Positions 1-12,500 of a stretch of 64,000 nucleotides of DNA are shown here, piece by piece. Each line of letters opens with the position of its first letter. Position 1 is the stretch's first letter. The translations under genes and the position numbers were made by a program. Under the pieces are notes generated by a model, which made no database searches, was not told the DNA's origin, and worked only from the letters and a program-made list of their open reading frames with translations. The stretch comes from Chrysomallon squamiferum (Eukaryota > Animalia > Mollusca), in contig CM022673.1 in the NCBI GenBank assembly GCA_012295275.1, positions 29,946,001-30,010,000 of the forward strand, given 5' to 3'.

Positions 1-59
1 TTCAACAAGGCAATACTATACATGTACAGTGTAAAACAAATCAGTAAACAGATACTCAC

Positions 60-3000
60 CTGACAGAAGTGAAAATCCACCTTGACTTTGCTGTTTGTTT
101 CCACTGGTAGTAGAGTGAGGTCCAGTTCACTGTGCTTTCACCACAGTGGATCACCTGGCACTGAGCCACTGTGCTTGGCGAGGACTTCTCCAGTGAAATG
201 GTCTCAAATATGAAAGCTGCTGTTTCTGTGAATGAAATTTTCTGTGTTAATGATTGAATAATAATGTAATTTGTTAATTTTTGTTTTGTTAATATTTTTG
301 TATTTGTTTACCGGTTTCATGTGTTTAATTTGTTACTAATTTTTTTCAGATTTTATTTATAATACTATGAATGCACTGTATCCAAAAAATTCATTACAAT
401 AACAATTCATTTTAACACTTTATGTATTTCCAAAGTGTGTAAGAAATACTAAAAACGCTTTTATGAGAGATTTAAAAAAATAAAAAATAAAAAATATAAA
501 GAACTCTTGAAAACAAATCTTATAAACTAGATAAAAAATATAAATCAAACTGTAAATCTATATTATAGATATCTGGTTTAGTAAATATTTTATTACTGTT
601 GTTTGGATTTGTAATTTAATAAAAGGCTGTAATGGATATTTTTATCAAAATACTTTTACCTTTAACAGTGACTCTCTCTCCATTAGCTATGGTCAGTTTT
701 TTTTCATTGTCCAGCAGAGACTTAATCCCTTCTGTCCAAGAAGGGTCAAGGTCGCCATCCATGACAATCCAGTGGTACAGCAAAGTTGGCAGATCTGGGA
801 GAGCTTTTTTCAGTTTGTCATTCATTCTGACATTCTCCATGTAAACCTTCACCGCCAGTGACATGAAGTAAGCATTTTGAACAACCTTGGTGAGAAGTCC
901 ACCATGCCACAGTTCTCCATCCATACAGCCTAATAGCTAGAGAGATCGAGAAAAAGGAAATTAAAAAGCCACAAACATTTATGCACATTATATGGTTTTC
1001 AGATTCTCTCATAATGTACATGAAATAAAAATACAAATATCTGGAAACTAACTTATCCAGTATATAATTATTTTAGAAATGGCATCTGCAACTAGTACTA
1101 TATAAATTTTATCATTTATTTATACTAAATTAATATTAAATATAGATGGGGGAATAGGAGGGGAAACTTATCAAGTGATATTAGTGTCAATCTTTACTAG
1201 CTTTGATCTCACTGGTTGCATAAAGTGACTTTATCACAGGCTAGACCTTGGTGGACAAATATCTTATTCAAGTAAAGTAGAATTCTGTCCCTTCTCTAAC
1301 CTCTTTGGAATCCATTGCTGTAGGAAACAGTCTGACGATGTCAACTTTTGGATAATCAGCTTCATGCAGTTCATGTTCTTTCTTTCGAATGTCGAGATCT
1401 CTCTTAATGTCCTTGCATATTGTGTGCAGTTTGTTGAAAGCTCTAGGAACTGAATGCTCATGTTCTACATGTTTCAAAATCTGAAAGAGAAAACTATTGT
1501 CTTTAGTTGTTTTTACAAAATGATATTCAGTTTGGAATTTTCTGTTTAAACATGTGTTTTGTTTAGAATTTTTTACAAATAGAAACAAAGAACAGGGTTT
1601 TCCGTTTTAAAATGTTTTTGTCTGAAAGTATCAATCCATTCATTTTTTTTTCTCTTTTCTGAAAATATTATCATGATACTTGTTAATCCAGATCTGTTCA
1701 GTAAATTTGTACACTGGCTGTTGCATTCCATTAATAAAATAAATATACTATATACCATTTGTTTATTTTACATTTTCCAAATACAGTGGTGCCTTGACTT
1801 ATGAGTTTAATTCATTCTGTGACTGTAACTAAATTTGCTTGTATATCAAATCAATTTTCCAACTGAAATTAACTGAAATACCATTAATTGGTTCAAGCCT
1901 CACAAAAACCACCACAATTTTTTTTTTTTCTTTCTAATGTGTTTCTAAATAAGAAAAATGTATTTATAAAGGACAAATATTGTAAAAAAAAAAAGAAAAG
2001 AAAAGAAAAAAGAGAATGTAAAGAAATAAATTGGTTTTGTTAAGTGTATTTATCTTAGAGATCAGACAAATTATTTTAACGCCTTTAGCTGGAGTTACAG
2101 CCTTTATCAATTCCTTCAGCTTCAGTATGGTACATGTTGTACTGCCAAGCTAAGTCAACTACATGTACATTTTGCTCATGTTTTTCTACAATTTCATGTT
2201 TTAATTCAATCTTCTTCTCAGCACTGTCCTTTGCACTCACTTTCTTATAATCCATGGTCAGAAAAAAGAAATTTAGCAAAATATTGCACAACACATGAAC
2301 ACAACACAAGAGAGATGCTTCCGTGGCGAGGTAACCATGTGAGGTAAACGAGCGAGATGTGGGATGCTGGTTGGAAAGTTATGTTGTTTGTCACGCCTTC
2401 TAGTGGTGGTGTATCTGAAGCTCGCTCGTAACATGGATTTTGGCTCGCAACTCAAAGCAAAAAACAGACCAAACGACTGCTCGTAACTCGGAAAACTTGT
2501 AAGTCAAGGTACCACTGTTTTCTACATTCACTTGCTTGGTGTTGCATGTAACTTTTCCATATAATTATTAATTTAACACTGATAACTATTGCTTAAAATC
2601 TTATTTATGACCATATTTAAAACACATTTTATTTAGCCTCCATTAAAAAACTGATCAGACATAGACTTTGTAGCAATAAATCTGAATTCAGCAGAATGAT
2701 CTGTTCAATAAAGTCTTAATCTGTAAATACTTCATTAATCAGTTTAGTTATAAGTAATGAATTAAGTTTTGTTTTAAAGCTATTCTATATAAATAAATGA
2801 TTAACTGAATCAATTATTTGAAGATTAATAATTATTAAAAGAGGTAAAAACACCATAAAAAAGTTGAAGCCCAGTAGTTCAGAAACACATTAGTAATAGA
2901 AATATCTAGAAAAATGGAGATATTCCTGACTTGTACCACAGCAGTCAGTAAGTAGGAAACTAAAGCTATATATCTTTATAGAAAAGAGCATATTTAATGT

Positions 3001-3402
3001 TAATGATAAAATAGAGAGAAAGTGGGAAAACGGCTAGGAATATAACATAATTCAGTTGAAAGGTGGTGAAACCAATATTAAAAAAAAGAAGTAATTTCAT
3101 GTTAATTTCACCAAATATTAATTTCTTAAAGCAGGGATAGAAACTGAAGCTTATAAGCAAAACTGTAATTACTGTTTCAGTTCAAATATTGTTTAGAAAT
3201 AATTATCTTTAATCCAAGGAAAAAATTAAAAACTGGCAAATATTATTGTTTCTTTCAATATAAAAATGACTAATAATATGAAAATAAATTACATTACTAA
3301 TCAACCTCTGTTTGCCAAATATAATTAGATATCACTAATTTAAATCAAATATTTTACACACCTCCCCACATCTACTCACACACAGACACAGACACAGAAA
3401 CA

Positions 3403-3453
<51 letters not shown>

Positions 3454-5747
3454 CACACACACACACACACACACAAAGAAATACAGATTCATTTCATTTA
3501 TTTTTTTAAACTTTCTGTCTTTTGTCCTGGGAGATCTACAGAAGTTTTTTCCACAATTTTTTAATCATTAACTGAAAACTACATTTTTAAATCCATGGAG
3601 ATATGAACTTTGTTAATAATTATCAGAGAGAGCAGAGGCAGAGGTTTGCTACAACTAACTAACTAAATAAAACCCATCTTCACATCAGATTACTCACTTT
3701 CTCTTCATCACCGTTGTTTTCTTCCTACATCATTCACAGCACAAAAATTACATTACATAAAAATTTATAAACCAATATTTATAAAATTTATAAAACTGAA
3801 ATCTTAAATGTCAGATGATACCAGTTCTACATGTATAATAAATGTAAACCACAATGGTTTAAGATTTGATAAAGTTCATGTCAGTAATTTAGGAAATACA
3901 AAAATGGACTACATTTAGGTCACCTATAAACCAAACTATAATGTTAATAAACTGTATTGAAAAAACCATTAAATTCATAAAACAAAATCATGATCATCAT
4001 ACATTTGTTTAATTAATGAAGTCATGACTTAATATATATATATACCTTAGTATACTAACAAAGTGTAAATAATCATTTACAAAAACATAGATATATATGG
4101 TAATAATAAATAAAAAATGAACCAAATATAATTTCATTTAGCCTTTGAAACAACAACACCAAAAATTAATATTAAAATAAATAAATAAAATGTATATATA
4201 TATATTTACATTAAATTTTTTTTAATAAATACCCCCCCCCTCAAAATAATAATAATAATGATAAAATACTACAACAACTGTTTTTGTACCTTCAGTTTCT
4301 GAGTTTTCATCTGGTACAGCAAACCTTTGTTTGTGATTGTGAGTTCATCCTTGGAGTGGTCAGGGGCAAACTGTTTGTAGTTGAGGTAGTTGACAGATCG
4401 TGCAAGCAGGAGTAACACAGAACTTTTCCCACTGCCAGTTACCCCAGTCAACATGACAGGCTGCTTCATCTCCAGAGCAGAATGCAAGTGTAGTACCTAG
4501 TCAACAAATACATGTATCCTTTTTCAGATGTATGTAGGTAACAATGTGTGATTGTTGTGTGTTTGGGTGCATTTTTATCCTCATATGTGTGTTTGTTGTA
4601 TGTATATAGATGATTACATGTCTGTTTGATTTTTTTAGGAATGGCTCTACTCATGCAGTCAGATTTCCATCCACATTCATTCACCAAACAGATACATCAC
4701 AACCATACATATACATCACAACTATACAGATACATCACAACCATACAGATACATCACAACCATACAGATACATCACAACCATACAGATACATCATAACCA
4801 TACACCATACACCATACAGATACATCACGACCATACATATACATCACAGTCAGACACATTCATGCAGTATTGTAAGTTCACTTTGAATACCTTATCAATC
4901 ATTACTGGATTTTCTTCCATTTTTGTTTCTTTGAGCTGCTCCTTAATGGCTTCCATCAGAACACGATCTCGAGGACAGATCATGTCCTTCCGATTGGGCG
5001 TTGTTGTGTTGGGGAAAACATCGCAGACTGTATTCCAGAAACACACTCTCTGATCTTCATCTTCCATGCTGTATTCTAGCACTGTGCAGATTCCAAACAC
5101 AATGGCAATCTCCTCTGTTTCCTTCTGAGACATTTCATCAGTGCCAAATTCAGCAAGGTGCACTTAAAAAAATATAATTAAAAATAATAGTAATGTGACA
5201 GTGGTGTTAATGATACTAATGATAATACTACTGTTTCAGCTTCTGCTCACGATATGAAATCTTGCCTTTTTTTAGTGAAATATTCGCAAAAATCATTATC
5301 TAAAAATCATTATCTCTACAGCATAGGTGCATACATGTTAAAATGTATACAATAAAACACTGTAAGCAGTAAATACAGATTCAGTTCTTACACTGTTTCT
5401 CTATGTATGTAAGTTCTGAGTGTTCTCGCTGAAAGTTTGAATCTCTCACTCGGTTGACAGCTAAATTCACTATTTTCTTAACATCTCGAAGACCAAAAGT
5501 ATTCTGATTTTTTCTTGGCAGCTGAAAAAGAAGCATAGAAAAAGACTGTTGGTGCATTGTGTTACAATATTTTTAACCAAGAGAAATAGACAACAGTTCA
5601 CTGATAGAGTGTTACTCTGAAATTAAAGATGTTACAAGTCAAGTCCTGTTTATTCTTTTCATCAGATCATTTCCAGTTTCAAACTATAGGAGTTTTAATT
5701 TTTTTTGTTAAATATAATTTGTTTTTTAATTGTTATTTAAATACTAT

Positions 5748-5798
<51 letters not shown>

Positions 5799-6726
5799 AT
5801 TAATGTTTAACAGGATGGTATAAAAAAAACAAAATAAAACAGTTTGTAAGTTATATCCAGTACATAATGACACCAGTAACAATATTAATGATGATGATGA
5901 AGATATTATAAATAATGATAAAAACATATATAACAAAGATGATAAAGAAAAGAAAATAAGAAAAACCCTCTAATCATACATCCAGATTCCCATCCATAAT
6001 TCATTCAGCATACAAATACATGATAACTACAGACACTGCTCATTTGACCAGCACATACCTCCACCTCACTGAACACCACACTAAAACTAATTACTGTTAC
6101 CAGTGTTGTGAGACGCTTGAGAAAGAAAGTCAGCTTGTGAGCCCAAGTCTGCCACTCTTCAAAGTCATTTGTGTACAGAATTACTTCTATTATTTTCTGA
6201 ATGTCAGGCAACACCACAGCACACGGTCTCATTAGCAGCTGAATTAACAGATATATAATAATAAATTGTAGTGATGTTGATGATAATAATAATAACATCT
6301 GGTAGATGGAATTTATCACAGTAAAAGTGCTGTTTGCATATCTGTAAAAAATCTTCTAAATTTCTAAGTCTGAAATATTAAAAAAAAGATAAATGTACAA
6401 TAAACAACAGTCACACTAACTTTATTTCTGAATGACTGATTATAATTTTTTTTTTTGCTAAGACAAAGACTAAAGCAAAATAAAACCTTGAAGTTTTCAG
6501 GAATTTCAGCACTGGTACTGTCTACACTGCTTGTTGTCATGAAGCATCCATAATTGGCACTGGCCTGGATTAGTTTGCCATTGAACATTACGTTGCCAAT
6601 AATGCGATGGACGTACATAGGCTCCTGTACCAGGTGTTTGTAATCCTCTGTTTTCTTCTTCCTGTATTTCACATGTTCTGTAGATGATAATAATAACAAC
6701 AACAACAACAACAACAATCAACAATC

Positions 6727-6824
<98 letters not shown>

Positions 6825-9423
6825 AGTATAATAATAATGATGATGATGGTGATGATGATGATAAAACAGTCTGCAGCAATGACAATGATATCATTATTAT
6901 TAATAGCATTAACTGAAATAAATAAATAAATAAAAAGCAACAATAAACTAAAGTGTAACTAATTAATTTTTCAATAATAAAGTTTAGTATTTCACCATAA
7001 AGCAATGAAGGTGGCTTGTTACACTTGTAGAACTCTGATTCTTTGATTTCAATTTCTTTCTCAATTGAGTGTCTTCTTCTGTCTCGCTCTGCCACCCAAG
7101 TGTCCTCAAAATATGTCACCAAACCTTTTTCCTGTAACAATATACATATTATATTTTTATTTTTGCTGTCAAATATGTTACACGAATATGGATAAAAGAT
7201 GGTATATAAAAATATATTTTTATCATTGTTGTCTTCATTTTTTTATTGAGGCTTTATCCTCTGAGAAGACAATATGTTAAAATTATTTCTATTGATTGTC
7301 TCCTCAAAATGAATCATTGAAGTTTCTTACTAAATAAAAATAAAGATTTATTGCTGCTTTTTTAAAATCTTAATTGTGTGTATGCAGCTGACTGTCACAG
7401 ATTGAAAAAACATGCATAGTCTGTGTCATTAAATAAAATATTTCTTCCATCTTTGTATTATAACAATTAATTAATTTCACATGTTATTATCGTTCACATG
7501 GCTCAGGATGTTTGAAAACGATTTTGTTATTTGTGTTAGAAAAATCAAAACCATAAAACTAAATCCAGTGTATCCAATCAAAATCCAAAATAATATTTTG
7601 CACAGAAAACAAATTAGGTGATAAATATATTTATTCTGGTAGCACAGATGAAACGTAAGTTATTGTAGATCAAATGGACGGAAAACATCTTTCACACATA
7701 ATGTTTATTTACAAAACAGAAAAAAAAAAAGTTTGTGCAGAAAATAATGTCATAAAAATATATTTCATAATTAATATATACAGATCCATTAATAAACAAT
7801 GAAAACACATAAGATGTATATAATCTTGCAGAGTGCCTATAGTTTTAAAACTGGAGTAAAACCAAACACAGCACAGTGCCAAACACTTACCAAATCTTTT
7901 AACCTCTGAAAACAATACATTATACAGTGTAATACCAGAACATATATGAATAAACATCACTGTGTGAATTACACATGTAAAGTGTAATACCAGAACATAT
8001 GTAAATAAACATCACTGTGTGAATTACACATGTAAAGTGTAATACCAGAACATATGTAAATAAACATCACTGTGTGAATTACACATGTAAAGTGTAATAC
8101 CAGAACATATGTAAATAAACATCACTCTGTGAATTACACATGTAAAGTGTAATACCAGAACATATGTAAATAAACATCACTCTGTGAATTACACATGTGA
8201 ATGTAATACCAGAACATATGTAAATAAACATCACTCTGTGAATTACACACAAAGTGTAATACCAGAACATATGTAAATAAACATCACTCTGTGAATTACA
8301 CATGAACATATGTAAATAAACATCACCAGAACATATGTAAATAAACATCACTCTGTGAATTACACAAGTAAAGTGTAATACCAGAACATATGTAAATAAA
8401 CATCACTGTGTGAAATAAACAGAACATATGTAAATAAACATCACTCTGTGAATTACACAAAAGTGTAATACCAGAACATATGTAAATAAACATCACTCTG
8501 TGAATTACACACGTAAAGTGTAATACCAGAACATATGTAAATAAACATCACTCTGTGAATTACACACGTAAAGTGTAATACCAGAACATATGTAAATAAA
8601 CATCACTCTGTGAATTACACACGTAAAGTGTAATACCAGAACATATGTAAATAAACATCACTCTGTGAATTACACACGTAAAGTGTAATACCAGAACATA
8701 TGTAAATAAACATCACTGTGTGAATTACACACGTAAAGTGTAATACCAGAACATATGTAAATAAACATCACTCTGTGAATTACATATGTAAAACACATGA
8801 ATTACACATGTAAAACAGTTGTCAAGCTACTCCCACCAAGATGAATAATAAAAGAAAAGAAAGATAAATAGCAGTTAGAAGAAAAAAAGATTAGTGAATC
8901 TGTGTATGTTTAAAAAAAAACAAAAAACTTTATATATGAAAATAATTATAAAAAGACATGCTGTCAGTGTTTCTCAGTTTAAAAAAACATTTTTAATGAA
9001 AAATGGAGAATTCAATCCCAATAAATAATTACGTTCACTTTTATTAAACAGATAATGTAGCTTAAATTTAAATAACAGAAAAAAAAAAAAATAAAAAAAA
9101 AATAGAATAAAGAAAAAATAAAAGAAAATAAATAAAAGAAAAGACTAAAAGTAAGAAAAAGCTATTTAAAAAACAAGGGATAATTTTAATTTTTTAACAA
9201 ATTGACAAAACTTCTAAACTAATTATCATAATAATAGACTGATAATCACATTAAAGCCATGAGGGACTGTTTTCTGTCTCTCTAACACAGGAGAGCTGTC
9301 TGCTGCTCTGGGTAGAGGATGCAAAGTTGTCAAGGAATTCCTACGAATGACCTTGTCTCCTGCTCCTACTTTCTGTAATATAAGAAACAAATAATTTTTT
9401 TTTGAGATTTCATAATGATGATG

Positions 9424-9506
<83 letters not shown>

Positions 9507-12500
9507 GAAAAAGTTAAAAAAAAAAGAAAGAAAATAACTAAAAGGAAAAGAAAAAGAAAGAGTTGTCTATTTTTCATTAATTAATTAATTGTGAATTTTT
9601 TTTTTAGATCCCAATTTACTTTTAACAAATAAATATGTAATTACAAAATATGATTCTTGTGTGTACTTTAATTTATTTCACAAATTATATTTAAATTTTA
9701 AACCTCAATGCAGATCACTTGCTAAGTAAAACAGAAGTAATTTGTCAAACCCAATTTTTTTTAAAAAAAGAGTTAGGTTGTTTGCATACAGATAAAGGTT
9801 TGAATTGGTGCAGACTGAGTGAAAAGTGATAAGATCAGGCATGCAATGTGATTAACATAGAGAAATCAAAAGATTTTATATTTATATAAAGTTCAATAAA
9901 TCTATTTAACATACTGTAGCATGTTTTTAGAAACATAAGAACTATGAAGATAAAATGTAAGTTTAACAACAAACATTATTTCAGAAAAAAGACATGAAGA
10001 ACTTTTTGAAAGACAAAAGAAAAAGAAAAAGAAACATTTTATATCACCAATTAAGAAAAATCACATTTTCATTTAACTGACATTACATTATTTGTATTAT
10101 TATAAATAGTAACAAAATATAAATTTCTGTTCTATAATTTAAATACAACACAGCTGAATTTAGGAATCAAAAAGAATGATATATACACATATCTATGTTT
10201 GCAAATACATATATGCAGACACACATGAACACATGCATATCAATACTTACATACATAAACATTTTGTTTATTGAACACTCACATTCACACACAAATAATG
10301 ATACACTGTCTTACTGACTACTGAAAATTTCATGCACTGACATGCAGATCAATTTATATAACAAAATAAGTAATATGGACAAATAATACATGCACATCTT
10401 GGCCATAAATGAATCTATGAAAGCTATTCAGTAGTGCTATTCTGTAGAGCTATTCAACAGAGCTGTACTAGCATTGATGAGAAATATTTTGAAAGCTGCA
10501 TTTGTTTGGAAAGTGGTTCAGGTATCATCACACATCCAAAGTTTAAAAATGTGAAAAATAATAAAAGACGCACTAAAATTTAGGTTGTAACATTAACAGC
10601 ATTTGAAAAACACATTGATGTATGTAAAAAAAAAGTATTTATTTATTTCATTATTATTATTTCATAAATTTGCTTATGATTTAATTATAAATGTTTGTTT
10701 ACCTTCATCACAGTGGAAAGGTAACAAATATGACTGTTATAGCATGATCAAAAGAATAATATTGAAAGAAGAAAGGGGGAAAAAAACAAACATCTCTGTA
10801 TGAGTCTTAACATTATGTTAAGGAAGACACCTAAACTTTGATCTTTTTCCACAAATAACATTACTGCCAGCTATGACTGGACTTTAGTAAAAAAACAGAA
10901 AAGAAAAAAGTGCCCCCCCTAAAAAAAAAGAAATCTCTTGGAAGTAAAACACAAAATATTGCATCACAAAAGGCTCAGTCTAATAAGGTATAAATAAAAC
11001 TATGAAATGGAAGGCTATTTGTGTAACATACCAAAAGTTATTCCATAACTGTGGATTTCGAACTTTTAGATATCATAATAAACTATTGTTTATACTGATC
11101 TCTCTCAACATTTATCATTTTAAAATTTACAACTCATTTATAAAAATATTTCTAATACAAATGATAATAATTTTACCTCTGTGAATACCTTAAAATGATA
11201 CTGGAGATCTCTAGGATCCATGGACCACACATTGAGAACCACTGTTTTGGGATGTGAATTAAGGAATGAAGTGAGATACCTGAACCATTATACCTAAGAC
11301 TAGAATCTAAAACTAACTGAACATACCCTGTTAAATATCTGCAATCAAATCAGTCAGGTTAGAAATTATGATAATTATGATGAAATCACAAAATTAATTG
11401 GTAAACAAATAAATGAAAAATCATTTACATGTAAATCATTTTAAAATTAATATATATTCTGTAAATAAAAATCCCAGAGAATTTTTTAAAAAAAAAAAAA
11501 AAAAAAAAGAAATGAAAAATTAAAAATTAAAAATTAAAAACAATAAAAATAAATAAAATTACATAATAATTGTAAAATAAAAATAACTGATTAATAATGA
11601 TAAAGAAAGCTAATTTAATAATATTAAAAAAAAAAAAAGAAAAAAGAAGAAATAAATGAAAAATAAAATAAAATGGAAAACAAAATGAAAAGAAAATTCC
11701 TTTAATATTTACTAATGGTATATTCAAATCATACTGTGAAAAAACACATTTTAACTTTATCTTTTATTAAACATTAATTTGCTCTTTGAAACACTTTTAT
11801 TTATTTAATTATCTTTTGGAGCTCAACTATAGAAAAAAAAGAAAAACAAAAGGATGAACTAAATAATGAAGCATACATTTTTTTAAATAAGATTAAACAA
11901 TACAGTCTTAAACTGTTACCTGTCAACATAATACAATTTTCTAAGAGGGCATGTTCACTCAAGATATTTTACTGTAATTAGTTATTAATTTTTAATTTTT
12001 GTTAAATTTTACTTCTGTTGAATCCTTTTGAAGACAAGACAAACAATTAATCTGTATTACAATTAATAATAATAAAAAAAAATTAAAATTGTAAATAAAA
12101 ATAAAAAAGGGATAATATTAATAAATAATAGATGAAAAATGCAGCAATGCACAGTATAAATCATTTTAAATGATCAATTTGTTAATAATAAGGAAATCTC
12201 CAAAACCCAGTTTTCAAAGATAGCTATTAAAAAGCCAAAAATTAACTGTCAAAAGACAAAATTAATGGTATAATGCATATTTAAAAAAATATATATTTTT
12301 TTTACCAATCATTTAATTTTAGAAAGAAATTTTCATTTTATAACTTGTCCACTAATTTAATTATTATAACCAATTTTAAAAAGGAGTCACAAAATAGAAA
12401 AATACATTTCAAATGACAGAAAACAGTATGTCTAAAAATTCATTATCCAGATAGCATTTTTTGCAGAATGCCAGTTAAGTGAAGTTCAGCATTTTGCTAT

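Noticed and set aside
4610-5053. Plus-strand His/Thr-rich ORFs, and repeat-derived ORFs at 8079-8351 and 13871-14136
   Set aside because: They arise from tandem repeats and from the antisense of DNHD1 exons.
5392-5521. Suspected frameshift in an A-run, suggesting a DNHD1 pseudogene
   Set aside because: Recounting gives an intact frame (LPRKNQNTFGLRDVKK) and all 48 exon phases are consistent.
6364-6943. Poly-L/N/I/V ORFs (also 9402-9584, 22878-23183)
   Set aside because: Translations of (AAT)n/(AAC)n microsatellites; only 6487-6677 is a real exon.
7925-8815. Regular repeats (also 12883-14046, 25675-26005, 30259-30771) as CRISPR arrays
   Set aside because: Head-to-tail units without unique spacers, no cas genes, and a spliceosomal intron context.
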